64,000 bases of DNA from an uncultured Bacillota bacterium (GCA_946611195.1 CAMODB010000002.1:16301-80300), one strand, 5' to 3'. Counted from the stretch's first letter, positions 31,577 to 40,091 are shown. Program-made: numbers and translations. Notes: generated by a model from the letters alone, not told the origin.

Positions 31577-32384
31577 CTTTTTGATCTAATGTGATACGAC
31601 CGAAAACTCCTGTTTGGAATTCTCTTAAGACGTATTCACTCACCTTATCAATATCTATTTCTTTATTATGGTTATAAAAGCCTAAACTTTCACCAATACT
31701 AATTAAATTAGCTTCTTCTATTTTATAACGTTCTTTTAAAACATTACTATAATAATGATTTAAGAAATTAATTAAATATTCGCCAACTTTATCGACTGGT
31801 AAAATATCTAATTTAATAGAACCAACACAAGCTAATTTATAGCCAATTTCTTCATCATCGAATTTAGGCCATAAGACACCTGGTGTATCAAGCAATTCAA
31901 AAGTTTTACTAATTCGTACCCATTGTTGACTTTTTGTAACACCTGGTTTATCCGCCACATTAGCAATCTTCTTACCACTTAAGGTATTGATTAAAGTAGA
32001 TTTGCCAACATTTGGAATACCTACAATCATTGTTCTAATAGGACGAAATTTAAGACCTTTATTTAAATCTCTTTTAATTTTTTCATCCATTATTTTAAGG
32101 GATGCATTTTCAATAATCTTAATAGCTTCTTTCTTTCTCCCATCAATGACTACCGCATCTTTAAATTTCTTTAAATGATAATTTGTTAAATTGGGATCGG
32201 CTTTATCAGCTTTCGTTAAAACCATTAATACTTTTTTATTTTTAAATAAATCAATTAATTTGGGATTAATTGATGAAGTAGGAATTCTTGCGTCTATCAA
32301 AATAATAATTAAATCAACTAATTTAATTTTTTCTTCCATTTCTTTAAAAGCTTTGGCCATATGACCAGGATACCATTGAATCAT
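31563..32384 (-). CDS. rbgA: Ribosome biogenesis GTPase A (YlqF)
   Basis: 273 aa, MIQWYPGHMAKA..., with circularly permuted GTPase motifs (TKADK and GIPNVGKST). Stop is TGA TAA. Confidence 0.93.
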   Translation of the reverse strand: MIQWYPGHMAKAFKEMEEKIKLVDLIIILIDARIPTSSINPKLIDLFKNKKVLMVLTKADKADPNLTNYHLKKFKDAVVIDGRKKEAIKIIENASLKIMDEKIKRDLNKGLKFRPIRTMIVGIPNVGKSTLINTLSGKKIANVADKPGVTKSQQWVRISKTFELLDTPGVLWPKFDDEEIGYKLACVGSIKLDILPVDKVGEYLINFLNHYYSNVLKERYKIEEANLISIGESLGFYNHNKEIDIDKVSEYVLREFQTGVFGRITLDQKDETL

Positions 32385-32385
32385 C

Positions 32386-33600
32386 TTAAGCTCCTTTTAT
32401 TCCGGAAGAAGTAAATCTAAATTTAACTACACCGATAATATTATCACTAGGGATTAACCCAATCATTCTTGAATCACGACTATTATTACGGTTATCACCC
32501 ATTACAAAATAATAACCATCAGGAATAACTGTACTTGTTTTAACTTCCCCTGCTTCTTTATATTTAAAATTACCATTAAAATTATAAGAACTATAGTTTC
32601 TAAAACTTTGAATAGTTTCTTCATCAAAATAACTAGATTCATCAAATACATTTCCATTAATAGTTAAATATCCATTTTCCCATGTTAAAGTATCGCCAGG
32701 GAGGCCAATAACTCTTTTAATATAGAATTCTGGATAAATGGAAACATAATTAGGAATATTTTCCACTACATTATCTTGAATAGTAATATAAGCCACTACT
32801 ACATCACTACGATCAACATGGTCTAAATAAGAAATAAAGACTGTTTCTCCATCACTATAATTAGGTCGCATACTACTTCCATCAACACTACCTAAGGTAA
32901 AGAAGAAACAAAAACAAATAGAAGCCGCAATTGTACAAAGTGGTAATATCAATACCCAATCTAAAATATTAAATATTAACATTTTAATTTTGTATTTGAT
33001 TTTTAAGAATGCTTCTTTAAATTTCGGTACCGCATTATAAAGTACTAAGAAGATTAGACTTAAAAATGATATACCAAAACATAAATACATAATCACTGAT
33101 ACAAAAGAATTAATAGTTTTAGTTTGTATTTCTAAAGCACCACGATTAAGACTGATTACATAAATACCTATATAAATGAAAGAACAAAGAATAAAGAGAA
33201 TCATCCTAATAAAGATCTTTGTAACTAATCTTACTTCACTTATATAATAGTTTTTATCTGAATCTTCATCTTTAATATCATCATCAATTAAATCATTTTC
33301 CGACTCTTCTATTTCATTATTATCCGTTTCATTAGAAGCTTCAGATTCATTAGAGACTTCAGTCTCATCAGAAACATTTTCATCAGAAGCTTCAGTTTCG
33401 TCAGAAACATCTTCATCAGAAACTTTAGTTTCATTAGAGACTTCAGTTTCGTCAGAAACTTCAGTTTCATTAGAAACATTTTCATCAGAAACTTCAGTTT
33501 CATTAGAAACATTTTCATCAGAGACTTCAGTCTCATCAGAAACATTTTCGTTAGAAGTTTCAGTTTCTTCTGAAGTATTAGTTTCCTTTAAGTCTTGCAT
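32386..33600 (-). CDS. lepB: Signal peptidase I with a long N-terminal acidic repeat and multi-TM extension
   Basis: The C-terminal 170 aa carry SPase I boxes (DGSSMRPNY, YIKRVIGLPGD, GDNRNNSRDSR). The N-terminal ~230 aa consist of an E/S/T/N/V repeat region and three hydrophobic segments. Confidence 0.88.
   Translation of the reverse strand: MQDLKETNTSEETETSNENVSDETEVSDENVSNETEVSDENVSNETEVSDETEVSNETKVSDEDVSDETEASDENVSDETEVSNESEASNETDNNEIEESENDLIDDDIKDEDSDKNYYISEVRLVTKIFIRMILFILCSFIYIGIYVISLNRGALEIQTKTINSFVSVIMYLCFGISFLSLIFLVLYNAVPKFKEAFLKIKYKIKMLIFNILDWVLILPLCTIAASICFCFFFTLGSVDGSSMRPNYSDGETVFISYLDHVDRSDVVVAYITIQDNVVENIPNYVSIYPEFYIKRVIGLPGDTLTWENGYLTINGNVFDESSYFDEETIQSFRNYSSYNFNGNFKYKEAGEVKTSTVIPDGYYFVMGDNRNNSRDSRMIGLIPSDNIIGVVKFRFTSSGIKGA
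33330..33560 (-). repeat. In-frame coding tandem repeat inside lepB (33-bp unit built from 15/18-bp sub-repeats)
   Basis: Plus strand acttcagtttcattagaaacattttcatcagaa occurs at 33458-33490 and again, 32/33 identical, at 33491-33523. Degenerate copies flank these. The repeat encodes (ETEVSDENVSN)n. Confidence 0.9.
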
Positions 33601-33628
33601 AGAGATTCTCCTTTCTTTTTATTCAATC

Positions 33629-33847
33629 TTATTTATTTAATATTTTTAATAATTCTTCTTCATTAACTAAAATTTCACGTTTTAATTGTTTATTAATTGG
33701 CGTTATAATCTTTAATTCTTCTAATTGTCTAAAGATTTTATCCATTCTATTAAAACCAACATTGAATATCATAATTAATTTATTCATTGATGTTACATTG
33801 TTTTTTACAATATAGAGGGCAACATCTTTTAATAATTCATCATTCAT
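33629..33847 (-). CDS. Stand-alone FtsK gamma (winged-helix) domain protein
   Basis: 72 aa, MNDELLKDVALYIVKNNVTSMNKLIMIFNVGFNRMDKIFRQLEELKIITP... This aligns along its full length with the C-terminal 72 aa of the upstream FtsK (NDEIFEEVALYVVRNQNASVNQLLKIFGTGFNRMDAIFKEMETLGIIS...). It starts 1 nt after the ftsK stop. Confidence 0.75.
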   Translation of the reverse strand: MNDELLKDVALYIVKNNVTSMNKLIMIFNVGFNRMDKIFRQLEELKIITPINKQLKREILVNEEELLKILNK

Positions 33848-33848
33848 T

Positions 33849-36011
33849 TTAAATACCTTTTAAGATTTCATCTAGTTCTACTTCTGATACTAATACTTTA
33901 CGTTTAGTTCCTTGTTGAGCTTTACTGATGATACCTAATGTCTCCATTTCTTTAAATATTGCGTCCATTCTATTAAAGCCTGTACCAAATATCTTTAATA
34001 ATTGGTTTACAGAAGCATTTTGATTTCTAACTACATATAATGCTACTTCTTCAAAGATTTCATCATTACGTCCAACATGTGGATCACTACTACCATTACC
34101 AGCACCACGAGATGTTGAACTTTGTAATAATTCTTCTAAGGTAACAATATAATCTACTTCATTATTATCTCTTAAGAAATTATTAACTTTGGCGATTTCA
34201 TCATTACTTACAAAAGCAGCTTGTAATCTTGTATCATTACGTCCTGTATAACGAAGAATCATATCACCATAACCTTCTAGTTTTTCCGCACCTGCTTGAC
34301 CAAGGATTACACTTGAATCGGCAAATGATGATACTCTAAACGCAAATCTTGTAGTAAGGTTTGCTTTAATAGCACCTTTGATAACATCAGCACTTGGTCT
34401 TTGGGTTGCAAGAATAATATTAATACCAGCTGCTCTTGCTTTTTGCATAAGTCTTGTAACATAGATTTGAACTTGATTACTTGCTTCTAAGAACCAATCA
34501 TTAAATTCATCAAAGAACATTACAATATAAGGAATCTTTGATTCTTTCTTTTCAATTAAAGTCTTATTTAATTCATCGAGATTTACACAACCATATTTAT
34601 TAAGAATTTTATATCGACGTTCCATTTCATTACATAACCATTCCATTACTGGTTCAAAATATTCTTGATCAACAATAACGGGAACAGCTAAATGAGGGAT
34701 ATCTTGATAACGGTCAAATTCTACACGTTTAGGGTCAATTAGAATAATTCTTACATCATTAGGCGTAAAATGATAAATTAAGCTCATAATAAAGGTATTT
34801 AAGCATACTGATTTACCACTCTTAGAAGCACCAGCTGCTAAACCATGCGGCATATCAGATAAATCAATATAAATGTTATTATTGAAGTTATCTTTTCCAA
34901 CCGCAACCGGTAAAACATATTTACTATTAATAAATGCCTTATCACTTAACATATCACCTAAATGAACCATACTTCTTTTATCAGCTGGTCTTGGAACTTC
35001 AATACCTGCATATGGCATATTAGGAATAGGTGTTAACATCCGGATATTATTAGTAGCTAAATACATTTGTAAATTCTTTTCACATTTACGAATACTATTA
35101 ACATCTTCAACCATTGTTTCAAATTTAATTAAATATTCAATAACGGTAGGTCCAAAGATATATTTTTCAACATGAGCTTTAATATTATAACTACTAATGA
35201 TTTCATCAATTAATTGTTTTTGTTCTTCCGCAAGTTTAATATCATCATCACTAGTTTGGGTACCTTTTTTAAGTAAATCTAAAGAAGGGCCAACATAATT
35301 CTTATATTCTCTAATTTTACCTAAATCTTCTGCTTTGGGAGCTGGTTTATCATAACTTGATACGGTTTGTTTAAGTTCAGTAAAAGTATTTTTTCTTTCA
35401 TCAAAACTTTCTTGAGCAATATCTTCTTCTTCCACTATTTCGTTTTCTTCTTCTATTTCTTCATTATCTTCTTTATCTTCGATTATTTCTTCATCCTTAT
35501 TTTCTAGTGAATCTTCTTGATAAACTTCATTTACTATCGCATCCATTGGTGTAGGTTTAGTAAAGAGATGTTTATCAGTCCTATTTTCTTTCTTTATTTC
35601 TATTACAGGCTCTGGCATTTCTTTTTCCATAGCTTCCATTTCTTCAATAGAAATTACTTCATCAAATTGTGTTTCACCATCAAAATCATCTTCCACATAA
35701 TGATCAGCTATTTCATCATAATTAACTTTAGTTTCTTCAATCTTTTCTTTTTTTGGTTTGTTAATTACTTTTGGTTGTTCATAAATAGGTGTTTCATTAA
35801 TTGGTTCATTAGATTTGCGAGGAGGCATTTTAGTAGTTCTTAAAGAATCATAACGACTAGGATCAAGATGATAACCAACGCTTTCCGCAAGTTTATTAGT
35901 ATTCTTCTTTTTCATTGTTGTGATATCAACTTTTTCTTCTGCTTTTATTTCTTCTTTCCGAACTATTTGATGAATATAAAAAGTTTTTTTGTTCTTATTA
36001 CTTGTTTTCAT
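33849..36011 (-). CDS. ftsK: DNA translocase FtsK/SpoIIIE family, soluble SftA-like (no N-terminal TM helices)
   Basis: 720 aa with a charged low-complexity N-terminus, a motor domain (Walker A GASKSGKS, Walker B FFDEF) and a C-terminal gamma domain. Confidence 0.9.
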   Translation of the reverse strand: MKTSNKNKKTFYIHQIVRKEEIKAEEKVDITTMKKKNTNKLAESVGYHLDPSRYDSLRTTKMPPRKSNEPINETPIYEQPKVINKPKKEKIEETKVNYDEIADHYVEDDFDGETQFDEVISIEEMEAMEKEMPEPVIEIKKENRTDKHLFTKPTPMDAIVNEVYQEDSLENKDEEIIEDKEDNEEIEEENEIVEEEDIAQESFDERKNTFTELKQTVSSYDKPAPKAEDLGKIREYKNYVGPSLDLLKKGTQTSDDDIKLAEEQKQLIDEIISSYNIKAHVEKYIFGPTVIEYLIKFETMVEDVNSIRKCEKNLQMYLATNNIRMLTPIPNMPYAGIEVPRPADKRSMVHLGDMLSDKAFINSKYVLPVAVGKDNFNNNIYIDLSDMPHGLAAGASKSGKSVCLNTFIMSLIYHFTPNDVRIILIDPKRVEFDRYQDIPHLAVPVIVDQEYFEPVMEWLCNEMERRYKILNKYGCVNLDELNKTLIEKKESKIPYIVMFFDEFNDWFLEASNQVQIYVTRLMQKARAAGINIILATQRPSADVIKGAIKANLTTRFAFRVSSFADSSVILGQAGAEKLEGYGDMILRYTGRNDTRLQAAFVSNDEIAKVNNFLRDNNEVDYIVTLEELLQSSTSRGAGNGSSDPHVGRNDEIFEEVALYVVRNQNASVNQLLKIFGTGFNRMDAIFKEMETLGIISKAQQGTKRKVLVSEVELDEILKGI

Positions 36012-36085
36012 CTTTCCACCTCTTATTTTTTTTACACACTTTTATTTATCTTATCATAAATCAATCAAAAAAGCAAAATATCTAC

Positions 36086-36122
36086 TAAATAAAAAATTCA
36101 AAGATTTTTATTCTTTGAATTT
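36086..36122 (-). terminator. Rho-independent terminator after the ribU-fusion gene
   Basis: Minus strand AAATTCAAAGA-ATAAAAA-TCTTTGAATTT followed by TTTATTT. Confidence 0.65.
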
Positions 36123-36130
36123 TTAATTCT

Positions 36131-37933
36131 TTAATAATAATAATCGATTAATTTTTTAAGTCCTTCTTCCGGATTTTTAATGGAATCTTCCTTACTCATG
36201 AAATGAGGAGTAACACTATATAGGCGATGATGTTTAATTTTACTTATGCCACAAATAATCGTAATTGGTCGAATACTATTTTCTTTAATACCAGAATAGA
36301 CTTTTCCTTGTAAGCTTTGTGAATCAAAACAACCTTCACCAGTGATTACTTCATCATAATTTTTAACTAATTCTTTAAATTGTATTTCTTTAAGAAGGAA
36401 ATTAATACCTTGATCTACTTCACTATTTAAATATGACATGATACCAAAGCCACAACCACCAGCCGCACCAGATCCTTCTTTTTCACTTAAATCTTTATCT
36501 AATGTTTGAATAGTCACATCTTTAAAATTCTTTAGATTATTTTCTAATTCTATAAAGTCTCTTTCTCTAGCTCCTTTTTGTTTAGAATAAACATAAGTGG
36601 CTCCATTAGGTCCAAGTAAAGGATTTGTTACATCTGTTAAAAGCGTAAATTTAACATTTTTAATTCTATTTAATAAATTAGTAACTTTAATATTTTTAAT
36701 TAAAGCTAATTTTTCATTATTTAATTTTTCAATTAATTCATTATTTTCGTTATAGAATTCTAATCCTAAAGCTTCTAACATTCCACTACCACCATCATTA
36801 GAAGCACTACCACCGATACCGATAAAACAATGTTCAATATCATAATTCTCTAAAGCGTAATTAATGATATAACCTAAGCCATAAGTTGATGCGGTGAAAG
36901 GATTACGTTCTTTAGTCTTCATAATACCTACTACTTCCGCAAGTTCAAAATAAGCATGTTTACTATTTTCATCATATAAGAAGCTTGCGTAAGAAGGATT
37001 TAGAAAAGCATCATAAGAAAAGGCATAAATTCGTTTTAAGGAATGCATACTAGCTTCTAAACAATCAAGAAAGCCTTCACCACCATCCGATAACGCAATA
37101 ACGCCCGTTTGATAACCTTTTTTCTCTAATTCATTAGAAATCGTTCTCCCAACTTCTAGACTTGATAAACTACCTTTAAAGGAATCAGACGCAATTAAAA
37201 TACGATGGCCTTTTTTCGTAAAGAAATCTTTTTTAAAGATCGTGGATACTCTTTTATAAACAAAATAAGTAACAACATTTACCACCAGAGCTAGTAAGGC
37301 GTTAAAAGGAATAACCGCTAAGAATAGATAATATTGATAAAAATTATCTTTATTAATATTACTATATAATGGTTTTAACATATTTACTAATGGTTCAAAT
37401 TCTCCATTAAAATAGAATTTAACATAGAAGGGGATATTGATATAATAATTAGTAACTACACCACCAACAATCCAGGCGACAAACGCAAAGATTAAAGAGA
37501 TTAAACCACCTTTTTTATTCTTATGATAATTATAAAATAGACTTGATGATAAAACAACCATTGCGCCTATCATTAAATCAGCTAATTCACCGACATAATT
37601 AGTATGAGTAAATGGTATTTTTAAGACAAATCTAACTACAACTACTGCTAAACCCCACCAAGGTCCTAAAACAAAACCCGCTAAAAGAATAGGGAACATT
37701 GAGAAATTAATTTCTAAGAATGATGGAAAAAAAGGAAGTGGAAATTTTAAAAAATATAAAATATAAGATAAAGCAGAAAAGATTGCTACTTTTGCAATCA
37801 TATTAATGGTATAAGTAGTTCTTCGACCATGCTTTTCATTTCTTTCTTTTTTTCTCTTTTCGTTTATTAAGGTATAAGTTACTACATACATAACAAATAA
37901 AGTAATAATGATACCTAAATATAAATAATCCAT
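36131..37933 (-). CDS. Fusion protein: RibU-type ECF riboflavin-binding S component (N-terminal) plus glycerate kinase family domain (C-terminal)
   Basis: 600 aa. Residues ~40-235 match RibU (FLKFPLPFFPSFLEINFSMFPILLAGFVLGPWWG). Residues ~240-600 carry glycerate kinase family motifs (ASDSFKGSLS, LSDGGEGF, IGIGGSASNDGGSGM, EGSGAAGG, VITGEGCFDSQS). The frame is continuous and an FMN riboswitch lies immediately upstream. Confidence 0.8.
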   Translation of the reverse strand: MDYLYLGIIITLFVMYVVTYTLINEKRKKERNEKHGRRTTYTINMIAKVAIFSALSYILYFLKFPLPFFPSFLEINFSMFPILLAGFVLGPWWGLAVVVVRFVLKIPFTHTNYVGELADLMIGAMVVLSSSLFYNYHKNKKGGLISLIFAFVAWIVGGVVTNYYINIPFYVKFYFNGEFEPLVNMLKPLYSNINKDNFYQYYLFLAVIPFNALLALVVNVVTYFVYKRVSTIFKKDFFTKKGHRILIASDSFKGSLSSLEVGRTISNELEKKGYQTGVIALSDGGEGFLDCLEASMHSLKRIYAFSYDAFLNPSYASFLYDENSKHAYFELAEVVGIMKTKERNPFTASTYGLGYIINYALENYDIEHCFIGIGGSASNDGGSGMLEALGLEFYNENNELIEKLNNEKLALIKNIKVTNLLNRIKNVKFTLLTDVTNPLLGPNGATYVYSKQKGARERDFIELENNLKNFKDVTIQTLDKDLSEKEGSGAAGGCGFGIMSYLNSEVDQGINFLLKEIQFKELVKNYDEVITGEGCFDSQSLQGKVYSGIKENSIRPITIICGISKIKHHRLYSVTPHFMSKEDSIKNPEEGLKKLIDYYY

Positions 37934-37956
37934 ATTTAATCCTTTCTATCTATCAA

Positions 37957-38125
37957 GGAAAAAAACCCTCTATCATTCAGAGGGTTTTTATTACATACAA
38001 AAAGATGTTATTCTTCTTTCATCTAGACTTTACTATCGGTTTTGGAATTTCACCAAATCATGAGTTTATGACACCCTCGTGGACTATACCACCGGTTGGG
38101 AATTACACCCGACCCTGAAGACATT
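37957..38125 (-). promoter_or_regulatory. FMN riboswitch (RFN element) with intrinsic terminator expression platform
   Basis: Minus strand reads GTCTTCAGGGTCGGGTGTAATTCCCAACCGGTGGTATAGTCCACGAGG...GATTTGGTGAAATTCCAAAACCGATAGTAAAGTCTAGATGAAAGAAGA, which matches the conserved RFN cores and the P1 stem (TCTTC/GAAGA). It is followed by AAAAACCCTCT-GAATGAT-AGAGGGTTTTTTT at 37990-37957. Confidence 0.9.
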
Positions 38126-38169
38126 TCTATTTTATCACTATTAATTAAGTGATGGTTAATATTTGCATA

Positions 38170-38931
38170 TTAGAATAATTTTTTAATATCGGAATATTCA
38201 TAACCTTTACTGAGAAGCTTTTGAATAATCTTATTTTTATCATTTTCTTTTTCTTTGATTTTTTCATATAAAGCTTTTAATTTATCATAATCAACTTTCT
38301 GATATTCGATATTATTCATAACATAATTAATAATGTTAGTATTATATCCTTTCATCGTAAGTTTATTATAAAGAGCTTCTTTTTGTTTATTGATAGGTTC
38401 ACCAGCCAAAGATTTTAAAGTGTTTTTGCCAATATTTAAAGCCATTTCTCTTTGACTATTTTCATCTAAATTATTTAAATATTTGTCAATTAATTCTTCA
38501 TTAATTCCTTTACTAATAAGATTATATTTAATTAATTTTGGACCGCTATTCTTTCTTATTTCTTGTTCAATATAAATTTTTGTATAGCGTTCATCATCAA
38601 TGAAATTTAATTCTTTTAATCTTTTGATAATATTATTGATGATTTTTTCTTCTGTCGTTTTGGTTAATAATTTTTCTCTAACTTCTTTTTCTGTTCGCAT
38701 TTTAAAATCAATAAATTTTAAAATAGAATCAAAGATATTTACTTCATCAACACTTTTTTTGATTTTTTTAAATTCATCTTTGGAATAGGAATTACCTTTA
38801 ATAATTCGATTATTAACAATGGCATCTTCGGTTAAAAGAAGTATTTCTTCTGAATCCGTCGTATAGACTTGATATTTCTTACCTTTTTTTTCAACTTTAG
38901 TAATCCATACTAATTCTTCATTATCATTCAT
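38170..38931 (-). CDS. recX: Recombination regulator RecX (long Bacillus YfhG-like form)
   Basis: Three-helix repeats, e.g. RTEKEVREKLL and IINNIIKRLKELNFIDDERY. Start taken at MNDNEEL (ATG 38931); several in-frame ATGs occur up to 38955. Overlaps the prfB 3' end. Confidence 0.75.
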   Translation of the reverse strand: MNDNEELVWITKVEKKGKKYQVYTTDSEEILLLTEDAIVNNRIIKGNSYSKDEFKKIKKSVDEVNIFDSILKFIDFKMRTEKEVREKLLTKTTEEKIINNIIKRLKELNFIDDERYTKIYIEQEIRKNSGPKLIKYNLISKGINEELIDKYLNNLDENSQREMALNIGKNTLKSLAGEPINKQKEALYNKLTMKGYNTNIINYVMNNIEYQKVDYDKLKALYEKIKEKENDKNKIIQKLLSKGYEYSDIKKLF

Positions 38932-40048
38932 CATCATCACCATCATCAAGGACAAAACTACCTTTTTTAAGGCATTGTAGATAAGCCATCATGAAATCCA
39001 TCAAATCCCCATCTAAAACCTCTTGTGGTTGATTAGATACAAAAGATGTACGATGATCTTTTACCATTGAATAAGGATGTAAGATATAAGAACGGATTTG
39101 ACTACCCCAACCATTTTCTGATAATTCTCCAGCTGCTTCTTTCTTTTTTAAAGCTAATTCATTTAATTCTTTTTGATATAAACGGGCTTTTAAGATTTGC
39201 ATCGCTTTTTCCCGATTTTGAATTTGACTTCTTTGATTCTGACAACAAACGACAATTTCCGTCGGTAGATGGGTTAAACGAACTGCTGAATCTGTTTTAT
39301 TAATATGTTGACCACCAGCACCACTAGAACGATAAGTATCAATTCGTAAATCTTCATCCTTTATTTCAATATTGATATCTTCATTGACATCTGGCGTAAC
39401 AGTACAAGCTACAAAAGAAGTATGACGACGAGCATTAGAATCAAAAGGAGAAATACGTACTAAACGGTGAACACCATTTTCACTTTTTAAATAGCCATAA
39501 GCATTCTTACCACTAATTTCAAAAGTAACACTTTTGATTCCCGCATCAAGAGCTTCTTCATAATTAATAATATCAAATTTAAAATTATTTCTTTCCGCAA
39601 ATCTCTTATACATTCTAAATAACATTAAACCCCAGTCTTGTGATTCTGTTCCCCCAGCTCCAGGATGAAGTTCCATAATGGCATTTTCATTATCAAATTC
39701 ATCATTTAATAATTGTTCTGTTTCAAAATGTTTTAAGGAATAATCCAACTTATTAACAGTATCATCACAATTTTCATAATAACTATCTTCATTTAACATA
39801 ATTATTAATTCAATATCATCTAGACCTTTTTTTAATTCACTTAAGCCTTTTAAATTATCTTTTAATTTGTTACAACTATTAATTATTTTACTAGCTGCTC
39901 TTTGATCAGTTCAAAAATCATCCTCACTCATTTTTTGTTCATATTCAGCTATTTTATCTAAGCTTTCTTCAACATGAATGACATCTTCTAATTCTTTAAT
40001 TCTTTTTTGATAATCATTATATCTTTTTAATACTTCTGCTTTTTCCAT
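38924..40048 (-). CDS. prfB: Peptide chain release factor 2, interrupted by a single in-frame TGA at codon 46 (39911-39913); no +1 frameshift site
   Basis: ATG 40048 gives MEKAEVLKRYNDYQKRIKELEDVIHVEESLDKIAEYEQKMSEDDF-TGA-TDQRAASKIINS..., which continues in the same frame into the track ORF (HPGAGGTESQDW, RISPFD = SPF motif, SGAGGQHINKT = GGQ). Total 375 codons. The gene ends TGA TAA. Confidence 0.85.
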
Positions 40049-40063
40049 TTTATTCTTCCTTTT

Positions 40064-40091
40064 TTTAAAGAAAAACACCTAAAAAGGTGTT
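40064..40091 (-). terminator. Short hairpin plus U-run between secA and prfB (weak terminator or attenuator)
   Basis: Minus strand AACACCT-TTTT-AGGTGTT followed by TTTCTTTAAAAAAA. The stem overlaps the secA stop codon. Confidence 0.4.

Noticed and set aside
33309-33545. 78-aa minus-strand ORF (MFLMRLKSLMKMFLMKLKFL...) overlapping lepB.
   Set aside because: It is an alternative reading frame of the lepB 33-bp tandem repeat. Its periodic sequence is simply the repeat read out of frame, and it has no independent start signals.
33330-33560. The periodic repeat tract as a possible CRISPR array or non-coding minisatellite.
   Set aside because: The units are contiguous with no unique spacers, 33 bp long, in frame, and lie inside the lepB ORF. 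They are a coding tandem repeat.
39800-40048. The classical programmed +1 frameshift (CUU UGA C preceded by an SD-like element) as the explanation for the split prfB.
   Set aside because: The upstream 45 codons and the downstream 329 codons are in the same frame. Shifting +1 at TTT TGA A runs into TAA after 9 codons. No CTTTGAC motif is present, so a frameshift cannot join the two parts.
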